This document shows positions 15,065 to 24,323 of a stretch of DNA of 64,000 bases, piece by piece. Numbering within the stretch: position 1 is the first letter of the stretch; every line of letters starts with the position of its first letter. The position numbers and the translations under genes were made by a program. Source of the DNA: Atopobiaceae bacterium (lineage in GTDB: Bacteria; Actinomycetota; Coriobacteriia; Coriobacteriales; Atopobiaceae); NCBI GenBank assembly GCA_017652285.1, contig JAGCBF010000345.1:8028-72027 (forward strand), read 5' to 3'. Under the pieces are notes generated by a model. The model worked only from the letters and a program-made list of their open reading frames with translations, ran no database searches and was not told the origin of the DNA.

Positions 15065-15781
15065 CTATGAGCGATAATACCGCGTCTCTTCTATGAGCCC
15101 CTGCAGCTCTTCGATGGTCTCTCCGGCGGCCTCGCGCGTGTCGTCTGCGTCGAGGTTCGAAAGCTCCATTTCGAGCTTGGCCATCTCGAGCAGCACGCGC
15201 TCGTTGGCGTCGATGACGTCTCGCATGCCGGTGAGCGAACGCTCGTACAGCTCGGTCTGCTCGTCGTGTTCCTTGCCGGAGCGCAGGGCGCGCTTGTAGC
15301 CCTCGCGGTCAAACGACTGCACGCCGTTGGCAATGAGGGCGGAGTTGCGCAGGATGGTGCGCTCGGCCATGTCGACCAGGCTGCAGAACTTGTCCCAGCT
15401 CAGGCTGCCTTCGGAAAACTGCACCGTTATGACCTTGCGCAGCCGCTTGCGCTTGCGCTCGGCGCTGTGCACCTGCTCGAGCGCCTCCAGGGCGATGGCT
15501 CCCACGTACGGGGTCTGTGCGTACTCCTCGAGCACGGGCACGACCTCGTCGTCGTCCGACACGCTGGAGGGTTCCAAGAGCTTGACGTCGGGGTCCTTGA
15601 GCAGCAGGTATGTCGAGGCGCCAAACACGCCCGCGAGTCCTATGCCTGCGATTATGGAAAAGCCGGCCCGCAGCAGGGAGTAGTCCCACGGGCGCAACGC
15701 CAGGCCCCATGGCGCGTACAGCAGCACCACCACGAGCGCGATTACCACGTAGGTTGCAAGGAGCTGAACATAGCGTTTCAC
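15065..15781 (-). CDS. xpaC: XpaC-like (5-bromo-4-chloroindolyl phosphate hydrolysis family) membrane protein
   Basis: The start is GTG at 15781. The protein is 238 aa with two N-terminal TM segments and a helical C-terminal half. It heads an operon ending in telA, like the xpaC-yaaN pair of Bacillus subtilis. No clear SD is present, so the start is uncertain. Confidence 0.65.
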   Translation of the reverse strand: MKRYVQLLATYVVIALVVVLLYAPWGLALRPWDYSLLRAGFSIIAGIGLAGVFGASTYLLLKDPDVKLLEPSSVSDDDEVVPVLEEYAQTPYVGAIALEALEQVHSAERKRKRLRKVITVQFSEGSLSWDKFCSLVDMAERTILRNSALIANGVQSFDREGYKRALRSGKEHDEQTELYERSLTGMRDVIDANERVLLEMAKLEMELSNLDADDTREAAGETIEELQGLIEETRYYRS

Positions 15782-16110
15782 GGACGGCCAATCGACGAGC
15801 TTTCACATTGGTAACTAGTATACCCATGTGAGGTCGCGCTTCTACCGTGTTTCGGGGTAGGCGGACGTACTTATCCGTACGCTAGATGCCTCCCGTGGCC
15901 GCTGTTGTGGCGGCGACGTAACAAGGTCATGGTATGTGGAAGCCGTCTCCATAAAGATTGGTGCAATGTGTCGGTTATGTTGCCACTCGCTCCGCATTTG
16001 GGATTTGCGCCTATAGTGACACCACGTAAGAAGCCGTAGCCGTGCGCCAACGCGCGCGTCGCATATTCGACAGTCGATAAAACGGCAAAGCCAAAAGAAA
16101 GGCAGAGACC

Positions 16111-17340
16111 ATGGCAGAGAAGGAAAAGGTAGTCCTTGCGTATTCCGGCGGCTTGGACACGTCGGTCATCGTAAAGTGGCTGCAGGTCGAGAAGAACATG
16201 GACGTCATCGCCATTTGCGGCAACGTAGGCCAAGACGAGAAGGACCTAACCTGGATCAAGCAGAAGGCGCTGGACATGGGTGCCATCGCATCTGAGGCCA
16301 TCGACATGCGCGAGGAGTACGCCGAGACGATCCTTTCCAAAGCGATTTGGGCAAACGCCAAGTACCAGGGCGTATACCCGCTGCTTTCTGCGCTTTCGCG
16401 CCCGCTGATTTCCAAGCACCTGGTGGACGTGGCGCACAAGTATGGCGCGAAGTACATCGCTCACGGCTGCACCGGCAAGGGCAACGACCAAGTGCGCTTC
16501 GAGACGTCCATCCGCGCGCTTGATCCAGAGATTCAGCTGATCGCGCCCGTGCGCGAGTGGGACCTGACCACCCGTGACTCCGAGATGGAGTGGGCCGAGG
16601 CCAACGGCGTGCCCGTGCCCACCACCAAGAAGAAGCCCTACTCCATCGACGACAACCTGTGGGGTCGTGCCATCGAGTGCGGCGTGCTGGAAAACACCTG
16701 GAACGCGCCTCCCGCGGACATCTGGACCATGTCCAATAACCCCGAGGACTGCCCCGCCGAGCCCGAGACCGTGGTCATTGGCTTCGAGGGCGGCAAGCCC
16801 GTTTCCATCAACGGCGAGCGCATGAGCCTGCTCGATCTTATCATCAAGGCAAACGAGATCGCCGGTCGCAACGGCTTTGGCCGCATCGACATGATCGAGG
16901 ACCGCGTGGTAGGCATCAAGAGCCGCGAGTGCTACGAGTGCCCCGCCGCGCTGCTGCTGATCCAGGCGCACCAGTCGCTGGAGCAGCTCTGCCTTGACTA
17001 CGAGACCCTTAAGCAAAAGGCGCAGATGGACGATGCCTGGGCCGATGCCGTGTACCGTGGCCTGTGGTACAGCCAGAACCGCCTGGCAATCGACGCCTAC
17101 AACGCCTACACGCAAAAGTTCGTGACCGGCGAGGTGCGCATCAAGCTGTGCAAGGGCGGCCTGTTTGTGGACGGCCTGCGCTCCGACTACCCGCTGTACG
17201 ACTACAACCTGGCCACCTACGACGAGGGCGACACGTTTGACCACACCGCGTCCGAGGGCTTCATCATTCTGCATGGCCTGGAGACAAAGACGTGGTCCAA
17301 GGTGCAGGGCCCCGGCTCTGGCCTGCAACAGGTCGACTAA
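16111..17340 (+). CDS. argG: Argininosuccinate synthase
   Basis: VVLAYSGGLDTSV, HGCTGKGNDQVRFE, 409 aa. Confidence 0.97.
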   Translation: MAEKEKVVLAYSGGLDTSVIVKWLQVEKNMDVIAICGNVGQDEKDLTWIKQKALDMGAIASEAIDMREEYAETILSKAIWANAKYQGVYPLLSALSRPLISKHLVDVAHKYGAKYIAHGCTGKGNDQVRFETSIRALDPEIQLIAPVREWDLTTRDSEMEWAEANGVPVPTTKKKPYSIDDNLWGRAIECGVLENTWNAPPADIWTMSNNPEDCPAEPETVVIGFEGGKPVSINGERMSLLDLIIKANEIAGRNGFGRIDMIEDRVVGIKSRECYECPAALLLIQAHQSLEQLCLDYETLKQKAQMDDAWADAVYRGLWYSQNRLAIDAYNAYTQKFVTGEVRIKLCKGGLFVDGLRSDYPLYDYNLATYDEGDTFDHTASEGFIILHGLETKTWSKVQGPGSGLQQVD

Positions 17341-17358
17341 CGAGCGACAAGACGCACG

Positions 17359-17406
17359 AGGCCGCCCCCATTGCCGAGTCGTGGCAGTGGGGGCGGCCTT
17401 TGTTTT
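17359..17406 (+). terminator. Rho-independent terminator (or attenuator) between argG and argH
   Basis: aggccgccccca (17359-17370) pairs with tgggggcggcct (17388-17399), followed by ttgtttt. Confidence 0.8.
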
Positions 17407-17497
17407 GGGAAGTGATGTGACGACGGGGGCGGCCACCATTGTTATGCCACTTCCGCTAGAATGATGCGCGTATGTAAATGCGGTGCGAGGAGGAAAC

Positions 17498-18865
17498 ATG
17501 GCGTTGTGGGGCGGCAGGTTCGAAGGCGGCGTGGATGCGTTTACGCAGGAGTTCGGTGCGTCGCTTGAGGTCGACAAGAACATGGCGCAGCAGGACATTC
17601 GCGGTTCCATTGCGCATGCCACCATGCTTGCCGAGCAGGGCGTTATTAGCGACGAGGATCGCGAGGCCATCGTCTGCGGCCTTACGCAGATTTCTGCCGA
17701 GATCGAGGCCGGTACCTTTGTGTGGGACATCAACGACGAGGACGTCCACATGGCCGTGGAGCGCACCCTTACCGAGCGCATCGGAGCCGCGGGAGGTCGT
17801 CTGCACACGGGCCGATCGCGCAACGATCAGGTGGCGACGGACATTCGCCTGTTGGCCAAGGACCTGTGCGACGACCTGCTGGAAGGCAACCATGCCCTAC
17901 GCGAGGTTCTCGCAAACGTGGCAGAGAAGAACCTGGACGTGGTGATGCCGGGCTACACGCACCTGCAACACGCCCAGCCCGTGCTCTTTTCTCATCATAT
18001 GCTGGCGTACTTTTGGATGTTTACGCGCGACGCGACGCGTCTTACGGCCGCGCGCGACGCCGCGGACGCTAACCCGTTGGGCGCGGCGGCGCTGGCGGGG
18101 ACCACGTATGCGCTCGACCGTGCGCGCACCACGGAGCTGCTGGGATTTGGCCGCACGATTCCCAATTCGTTGGACGCCGTGAGCGACCGCGATTATCTGT
18201 TGGATCTGGAGTATGCCTGCGCCGTAAGCATGATGCACCTGAGCCGCCTATGCGAGGAAATCGTTTTGTGGAGCAGCTCGGAGTTTGGCTTTATAACGCT
18301 GAGCGACTCCTACTCCACGGGGTCGTCCATTATGCCGCAAAAGAAGAACCCGGACTTTGCCGAGCTCACGCGTGGCAAGACGGGTCGCGTGTACGGTGAC
18401 CTTATGGCGCTGCTCACCACGTGCAAGTCGCTGCCGCTGGCCTACAACAAGGACCTGCAGGAATGCAAGGAGGGCCCGCTGGACGCCGCCCGAACACTGG
18501 GCGACTGCATGGCCATTATGGCGGGCATGCTGGAGACCATGACGGTAAACGAGGGGCGCATGTTGGCAGAGGCTGGGACGGGCTTTAGCGCGGCGACCGA
18601 CGTTGCGGACTATTTGGCTAAGCGTGGCATGCCGTTTAGGGAGGCCCATGCCGTGGTCGGGCACCTGGTGTTGGAATGCGAGAAGCGCGGCTGCGGGCTG
18701 GAAGACCTTACGCTTGATGAGTTGCGTGCCGCGAGCGACCTGTTTGAGCAGGACATCGTGGGCTCGCTTGACCCCGCGGGTATCGCGCGCGCCCGCACGA
18801 CGTACGGTGGCACCGGCAACGACGCCGTTGCCGCTCAGCTGGCCGAGGCGCGCGCCACGTTGTAA
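17498..18865 (+). CDS. argH: Argininosuccinate lyase
   Basis: The track ORF is 17483..18865. I prefer ATG 17498, which has GAGGAGG upstream. MALWGGRFEGG and GRSRNDQVATD are present, along with the fumarate-lyase signature GSSIMPQKKNPD. Confidence 0.96.
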   Translation: MALWGGRFEGGVDAFTQEFGASLEVDKNMAQQDIRGSIAHATMLAEQGVISDEDREAIVCGLTQISAEIEAGTFVWDINDEDVHMAVERTLTERIGAAGGRLHTGRSRNDQVATDIRLLAKDLCDDLLEGNHALREVLANVAEKNLDVVMPGYTHLQHAQPVLFSHHMLAYFWMFTRDATRLTAARDAADANPLGAAALAGTTYALDRARTTELLGFGRTIPNSLDAVSDRDYLLDLEYACAVSMMHLSRLCEEIVLWSSSEFGFITLSDSYSTGSSIMPQKKNPDFAELTRGKTGRVYGDLMALLTTCKSLPLAYNKDLQECKEGPLDAARTLGDCMAIMAGMLETMTVNEGRMLAEAGTGFSAATDVADYLAKRGMPFREAHAVVGHLVLECEKRGCGLEDLTLDELRAASDLFEQDIVGSLDPAGIARARTTYGGTGNDAVAAQLAEARATL

Positions 18866-18889
18866 CGGAATCGTTGGAAGGACGAAGAC

Positions 18890-20239
18890 ATGATCGATCG
18901 ATACACGCGCCCCGAGATGGGACATATATTCTCTTTGGAAAACAAGTACGCCATTTGGCAAGAGATCGAGGTCCTTGCCTGCGAGGCGCATGCAGAGATG
19001 GGCCAGATTGGCATTACGCAGGAGGAGGCCGCGTGGATTCGCGCGCATGCCACATTTGACAAGGACGAGGTCGATGCCATCGAGGCCGTGACCAACCATG
19101 ACGTCATCGCCTTTCTTACCAACATGGGGTCCTACATCGACGCGGGGATTCCGGAAGACGAGCCCAAGCCCAGCCGGTGGGTTCACTACGGCATGACCAG
19201 CTCCGACTTGGGCGACACCGCGCTGTGCTATCAGCTCGCTCAGGCGACCGACCTCATAATCGAGGACGTGCGTGAGCTGGGCAAGATCTGCCGGCGCCGT
19301 GCGTTTGAGGAGCGTGACACCTTGTGCGTGGGCCGCACGCATGGCATCCATGCCGAGCCCATGACGTTTGGCATGAAGTTTGGCAGCTGGGCATGGGAGC
19401 TGCGCCGCGACCTGGATCGTCTTGTCGACGCGCGCAAGCAGGTGGCCGTGGGCGCGATTTCTGGCGCGGTGGGCACGTACTCGTCCATCGATCCCTTTAT
19501 CGAGCAGTACGTGTGCGAGCACATGGGCCTTGCGGGCGATCCCCTTTCTACGCAGGTCGTGAGTCGTGACCATCATGCGTATTTGGCGGGGGTGCTGGCA
19601 ACGACGGCGGCGACGTGCGAGCGTCTGGCCCTGGAGGTTCGCAACCATCAAAAGACAGACACGCTGGAGGCGGAAGAGCCCTTCCGTCGCGGGCAAAAGG
19701 GCTCGTCGGCCATGCCGCACAAGCGCAACCCCATTACGGTGGAGAAGGTCTGTGGCCTGTCGCGCGTGGTCAAGGCCAACGCGCAGGTCGCGTTTGACAA
19801 CGTGGCGCTTTGGCACGAGCGCGACATTAGCCACAGCTCCAACGAGCGCGTTGCGCTGGCGGACAGCTTTATTGCGCTTGACCACATGCTTCGCTGCCTG
19901 ATCCGCATCTTGGACGGGTTGGTGCTGTATCCCAACCGCATGCTTGCCAATCTCAACAGCACGCGCGGGCTTATCTTTAGCAGCAAGGTGCTGCTTGCCT
20001 TGGTGGACACGGGCATTACGCGCGAGGACGCCTACAAGATCGTGCAGCGCAACTCCATGGCCGTGTGGGACGACGTCCAACAGGCGCGCGAGGGCAGCAC
20101 CCTGCGCGAACGGCTCGAGCAGGACGCGGACTGCACGCTTACGCCCGCGCAGCTTGACCAGATCTTTGACCCGCGCGCGTTCCTTACCCGCGTGGACGTG
20201 GTGTTCGACCGTCTTGAGCAGCTGAGCTTTGAGGACTAG
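18890..20239 (+). CDS. purB: Adenylosuccinate lyase
   Basis: MIDRYTRPEM, GMTSSDLGDTAL, GSSAMPHKRNP, 449 aa. Confidence 0.96.
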   Translation: MIDRYTRPEMGHIFSLENKYAIWQEIEVLACEAHAEMGQIGITQEEAAWIRAHATFDKDEVDAIEAVTNHDVIAFLTNMGSYIDAGIPEDEPKPSRWVHYGMTSSDLGDTALCYQLAQATDLIIEDVRELGKICRRRAFEERDTLCVGRTHGIHAEPMTFGMKFGSWAWELRRDLDRLVDARKQVAVGAISGAVGTYSSIDPFIEQYVCEHMGLAGDPLSTQVVSRDHHAYLAGVLATTAATCERLALEVRNHQKTDTLEAEEPFRRGQKGSSAMPHKRNPITVEKVCGLSRVVKANAQVAFDNVALWHERDISHSSNERVALADSFIALDHMLRCLIRILDGLVLYPNRMLANLNSTRGLIFSSKVLLALVDTGITREDAYKIVQRNSMAVWDDVQQAREGSTLRERLEQDADCTLTPAQLDQIFDPRAFLTRVDVVFDRLEQLSFED

Positions 20240-20315
20240 GGGTGGCGCTGCGACAGAGGTCGGCAACGATGGGTATACTTATTTGACATGATATTGTCTA
20301 CAACAGAGGAGCAAC

Positions 20316-20588
20316 ATGTACGAGATGGACTTTAGGCCACGCCGCGTGTGTCCCAGCAACATTCACGTCGCCGTGTCGGACGACGGGTCGACCATAGAGC
20401 GCGTCGAGTTTACGGGCGGCTGCAACGGAAACACCAAGGCCGTTGCCCTGTTGGTACAGGGCAAGCCCGTGGACGAGGTCGTCGAGCTGCTGGCAGGCAA
20501 CGACTGCAAGGGGCGTGGCACGTCCTGTGCGGACCAGCTGACCATCGCGCTGCGCCAGGCGCAGGAGAACGCGCGTGCGGTGGCCTAA
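20316..20588 (+). CDS. Small TSCPD-domain protein (4-Cys)
   Basis: 90 aa with GAGGAG upstream. RVEFTGGCNGNTKAVALLVQGKPVDEVVELLAGNDCKGRGTSCADQL matches the stand-alone TSCPD family pattern. Confidence 0.8.
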   Translation: MYEMDFRPRRVCPSNIHVAVSDDGSTIERVEFTGGCNGNTKAVALLVQGKPVDEVVELLAGNDCKGRGTSCADQLTIALRQAQENARAVA

Positions 20589-21777
20589 CATTTCTCGCCG
20601 CGGGTTGTTACGCGGTATGGGAGCCGCGGCGGCCGCAGGCGCCGCCATAAGCGTGCTTCCCGGGTGTACCAACCCAGAGCAAGAAGAGGTGCCCGAGCCC
20701 ATGGTGGTCGATGCCGACCGTGCCATCAACGCCTTGGAAGAGTACCTAGAGAAGGACCTTGACTTTGTCGAGCACGAAACGTGGTCGTTGCCCTTGGGGA
20801 GCGTGCCGCACGAGGCGACGGGTACGTGGATACCCGTCACTCAGGCGGGTTCGTCCGCGACGCCCATGGTCAAGGGTTGCGCGCTTAACATAACCGACGG
20901 CACGCTGGTGGACGTCGTTCCCAACGTAAGGAGCGACAAGCAGTCCGTGGTGATTTACGACGCGCGCTGTTCCGACGAGGTGTATGCATGGGTGGAGCTT
21001 GACTACCTTACGCACGAATGGGTCCTGTATGCCAGCAAGTTTAGCGACGGTGCGGTGGTCGGAACGGCGACGGCGTTGTGGAAGGGCGACGCCAACTACG
21101 ACCCACCAGGGTTCGCGTGCTACGAAAACATGGTCCTGTGGCAGATAACCCCGGCGCTTTTGGGCTCGAAGACCTCGGAGCGGTCGTATTGCTATTTGTG
21201 GAAGCTCGGCAACGAAAACGCCAAGTCCGTGGTCGAGTCGCCGGGACGTTTTGCCATAGCGCCGAGCATATCGGGCGACGTGGTCGTGCTCGCTCCGCGC
21301 GTCCGCGCAAACGAGGGCGTGTTTTACGGCGTAACGGCCTATGCGCTGGAGGACGACCTTGCAACCACGGTGGACCAGCTCGTGTTGCCGCAAACGGTCA
21401 AGCCGTTCTACGCCACCCACATTGGCGACCGCTTTGCGATTTCCATAGAGGCAAGCTATAGCTCGGGCGGACTGTTTGGCAACATGGGCACCTACGTGGG
21501 CACGAGCAACGGGCCGTTCGTGCGGCTCGCGCGCGAGCCGAGCGCAAACGTCGCGGGCAAAAAGGATGCGTTTATCATAAAAAGTCGCACGTCGTACTTT
21601 GTGCTGGACATAAAGAAGTCGACGTACAGCATCCTTACCGCGGCAAACCGCTGCGTCGATTACGGCGAGTATCCCGTGCGCGTGGGCTCGTCAAACGACT
21701 TCGTGACGTTTGCCACGGTAAAGGACGAGGCGTCGGGGTACCCGTCGTCGGTTACCGTGCGCTCCTTTGGCGTGTAG
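20575..21777 (+). CDS. Tat-signal lipoprotein of unknown function
   Basis: The N-terminus ISRRGLLRGMGAAAAAGAAISVLPGC combines a twin-arginine motif with a lipobox Cys. The gene overlaps the upstream gene by 14 nt. The rest looks beta-rich with no recognised motif. Confidence 0.7.
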   Translation: MRWPNISRRGLLRGMGAAAAAGAAISVLPGCTNPEQEEVPEPMVVDADRAINALEEYLEKDLDFVEHETWSLPLGSVPHEATGTWIPVTQAGSSATPMVKGCALNITDGTLVDVVPNVRSDKQSVVIYDARCSDEVYAWVELDYLTHEWVLYASKFSDGAVVGTATALWKGDANYDPPGFACYENMVLWQITPALLGSKTSERSYCYLWKLGNENAKSVVESPGRFAIAPSISGDVVVLAPRVRANEGVFYGVTAYALEDDLATTVDQLVLPQTVKPFYATHIGDRFAISIEASYSSGGLFGNMGTYVGTSNGPFVRLAREPSANVAGKKDAFIIKSRTSYFVLDIKKSTYSILTAANRCVDYGEYPVRVGSSNDFVTFATVKDEASGYPSSVTVRSFGV

Positions 21778-21926
21778 GCGGACGTCGCGCGGGGGCTGTC
21801 CTTCTCACTCACGCACTCACAGCGCGCAAACGCCCGTACCCAAAACCGTGTTTCTCTCCGAGCGGCAGGTGGGGTAAACTTATACTTACCATAAACATGG
21901 CTGTATCGCAGAGTTAGGAGATTCCC

Positions 21927-22661
21927 ATGGGTGCAGACGAGAAGCGCATTTTGTTGGTCGAGGACGAAAAGGCCATTCGCGACGCGGTGGCAGCCTATCT
22001 TGAGCGCGAGAACTACATCGTGCGTGGCGTGGGCGATGGACAAAGCGCCGTGGAGGAGTTCGAGAAGCACTCCTTTGATCTGGTGATTCTTGACCTCATG
22101 CTCCCCAAGCTTTCGGGCGAGCGCGTATGCCGTACCATTCGCGAGACCTCCAACGTTCCCATCATTATGCTGACGGCAAAAGGCGAGGTCGAGGATCGCA
22201 TTATTGGCCTCGAGCTTGGTGCCGACGACTACCTGATCAAGCCGTTTTCGCCACGCGAGCTGGTGGCGCGCGTGCGTGCGCTGCTGCGTCGTGCCCATGC
22301 CGAAAGCGAGCCTCAGCTCGAGGTGCTGGACTTTGGCGATTTGGTCATCGACATATCGGGTCACAAGGTAACCATCGAGGGTCGCGAGATCGATCTTACG
22401 GCGTCGGAATTCAAGCTGCTGACGACGCTCGCGCGCTTCCCGGGCCGCGTGTACACGCGCATGGAGCTGGTAGAGAAGGTCCTGGGTTACGACTTTGAGG
22501 GCTATGAGCGCACGATTGACTCCCACGTAAAGAACCTGCGCGCCAAGCTTGGCGACGATCCGCGTAATCCCCGCTGGCTCTACACCGTGCATGGCGTTGG
22601 GTATCGCTTCGAGTCGCCCGACAAGGGCGACAAGGCCAAGGCGCGCGCCCGCGTTAAGTAG
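21927..22661 (+). CDS. OmpR/PhoB-family response regulator
   Basis: Receiver domain: ILLVEDE and DLVILDLMLPKLSG. Winged helix: LTASEFKLLTTLA and YTVHGVGYRF. Confidence 0.93.
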   Translation: MGADEKRILLVEDEKAIRDAVAAYLERENYIVRGVGDGQSAVEEFEKHSFDLVILDLMLPKLSGERVCRTIRETSNVPIIMLTAKGEVEDRIIGLELGADDYLIKPFSPRELVARVRALLRRAHAESEPQLEVLDFGDLVIDISGHKVTIEGREIDLTASEFKLLTTLARFPGRVYTRMELVEKVLGYDFEGYERTIDSHVKNLRAKLGDDPRNPRWLYTVHGVGYRFESPDKGDKAKARARVK

Positions 22662-22663
22662 CC

Positions 22664-24178
22664 GTGGCACTGCATGCGAGCAACGGCGCGCGCGACGTCC
22701 AGCCGGAGTCGAACGTGTCGTCGTACAACACCATAAAGCGTCAGCCGCGCAACACGCTTAAGTACAGCACGCGCATGACGCTCTCCTTTGCGCTCACCGC
22801 CGTCATGACGGCGGTGGTGCTCTCTATAGTGCTTGCCTTTGTGTGGGAGCGGCAGTTCCAGCTGTATACTAGGTCAAACATGCAGCGCATGGTGGAACAG
22901 ATGGCCGAGAGCCTGTCGCAGCAATACGACGACGCGCAGGCGTGGACCGAGGCGACGATCGACTACATAGAGTCGACCTCCGATTCCATGCCGGAGGTCG
23001 GCATGCGCCTAGTGGACGAAAACGGCTCGATTTTGTATGACGACTCCACGGGCAACATGGGTAGCGTACGTGGGGTGCACGCGCGCTTGGTGGCGCTGCC
23101 TTTGCAAGAGAGCTCCATCGTGTCGGCCGAGGTAGAAAGCGTCGTCAACGATGCGGGAAAGAGCCATAGGCAAAAGGTCGGCACCATAACGTTTTGGTCG
23201 GTGAGCTCGGACGCCCTTCTTACCCAAACCGACTCGATGTTTAGGACCAGCTCGTATGGGGCGATCATAACGGCCGCGAGCATGGCGGTGGTGTTTGCCT
23301 GCATCATTGGAGTGTTTGTGGCACGCGCGCTGACAAATCCCATCAAACGCATTACCACGACGGCATCGCAGATTCGCAATGGTGACCTAACGGCTCGGAC
23401 CGGGTTGGCAGGGGCGGACGAGATCGGCCGGTTGGGCGAGACCTTTGACGACATGGCAAGCACCTTGGAGCGCGACATAAAGCTGGAGCATCGCATTACC
23501 AGCGACGTTGCCCACGAGCTGCGCACGCCCCTTATGGCCATGCAGGCCACGGTCGAGGCGATGCAAGACGGCGTCTTGCCTGCCGATCAGGACAACCTGG
23601 CAACCGTGGCGGTTGAGGTGCGCCGACTTTCGAGGCTCGTCGACGCCATGCTTCGGTTGAGCAGGATGGAAAACGGCACGACTCCGTTGAACATCGAAAA
23701 GTGCGACGTGGTCGCCTTGGCAAACGACTTGGTCACCGTGCACAGCCAGCTGTTCCAAGACAATGGCATTGAGCTGGCGTTCCAAAACGAGACGGGCCAT
23801 CATCACCTGTCGGCAGAGATCGACCCAGACCTCATACGCGAGGCAACGGTCAACCTTTTGAGCAACGCGATGCGGTATACCTCGGAAGGCGGTAGCGTGT
23901 GGGTGCGTGTGGGCCGCGATCGTCGCAACGCGCTCATTTCGGTGCAGGACACGGGAATGGGCATTGCCAAGGAAGACATCCCGCGCGTCTTTAGCCGGTT
24001 CTGGCGTTCCGACGCAAGCCGAGAGCGGGCTGTGGGCGGTCTGGGAGTTGGGTTGTCGTTGACCAAGGAAATTGTCGACCGTCACAACGGAACGATATCG
24101 GTGGATTCCGAAGAGGGCGTGGGAACGACCTTTACCTTGCATCTGCCGCTGACGCACAAGGTGCAAAAGCAGCGCTGA
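22664..24178 (+). CDS. Sensor histidine kinase (TM, HAMP, HisKA, HATPase)
   Basis: The GTG start lies 2 nt after the regulator stop. H-box SDVAHELRTPL, N-box LLSNAMRYT, G1 DTGMGI, G2 GGLGVGLSL. An alternative start is ATG 22775. Confidence 0.9.
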   Translation: MALHASNGARDVQPESNVSSYNTIKRQPRNTLKYSTRMTLSFALTAVMTAVVLSIVLAFVWERQFQLYTRSNMQRMVEQMAESLSQQYDDAQAWTEATIDYIESTSDSMPEVGMRLVDENGSILYDDSTGNMGSVRGVHARLVALPLQESSIVSAEVESVVNDAGKSHRQKVGTITFWSVSSDALLTQTDSMFRTSSYGAIITAASMAVVFACIIGVFVARALTNPIKRITTTASQIRNGDLTARTGLAGADEIGRLGETFDDMASTLERDIKLEHRITSDVAHELRTPLMAMQATVEAMQDGVLPADQDNLATVAVEVRRLSRLVDAMLRLSRMENGTTPLNIEKCDVVALANDLVTVHSQLFQDNGIELAFQNETGHHHLSAEIDPDLIREATVNLLSNAMRYTSEGGSVWVRVGRDRRNALISVQDTGMGIAKEDIPRVFSRFWRSDASRERAVGGLGVGLSLTKEIVDRHNGTISVDSEEGVGTTFTLHLPLTHKVQKQR

Positions 24179-24221
24179 TGGCAACCACATAACGGACGTC
24201 GATGGCCCCAGGGCACGAAGC

Positions 24222-24268
24222 GGCGCGGCAAACGCACGGGAATGGGTTGCGTTTGCCGCGCCATTTGC
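24222..24268 (+). terminator. Terminator hairpin after the kinase gene
   Basis: ggcgcggcaaacgca (24222-24236) pairs with tgcgtttgccgcgcc (24248-24262). The following T-tract (attt) is weak. Confidence 0.5.
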
Positions 24269-24323
24269 GTTGGGGTTATATTACAATGTCTGCCGTATGA
24301 CTCGTACGAGGGAAGAAGGTCCC

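Noticed and set aside
15782-16110. ArgR operator (ARG box) upstream of argG
   Set aside because: The only candidate, gcatattcgacagtcgataaaa, matches the TNTGAAT-N4-ATTCANW consensus poorly. No paired boxes are present.
24263-24323. Sigma-70 promoter for purC (TACAAT at about 24286)
   Set aside because: A -10-like hexamer exists, but no -35 element lies at acceptable spacing and there is no extended -10 TG. This is too weak to list as a feature.
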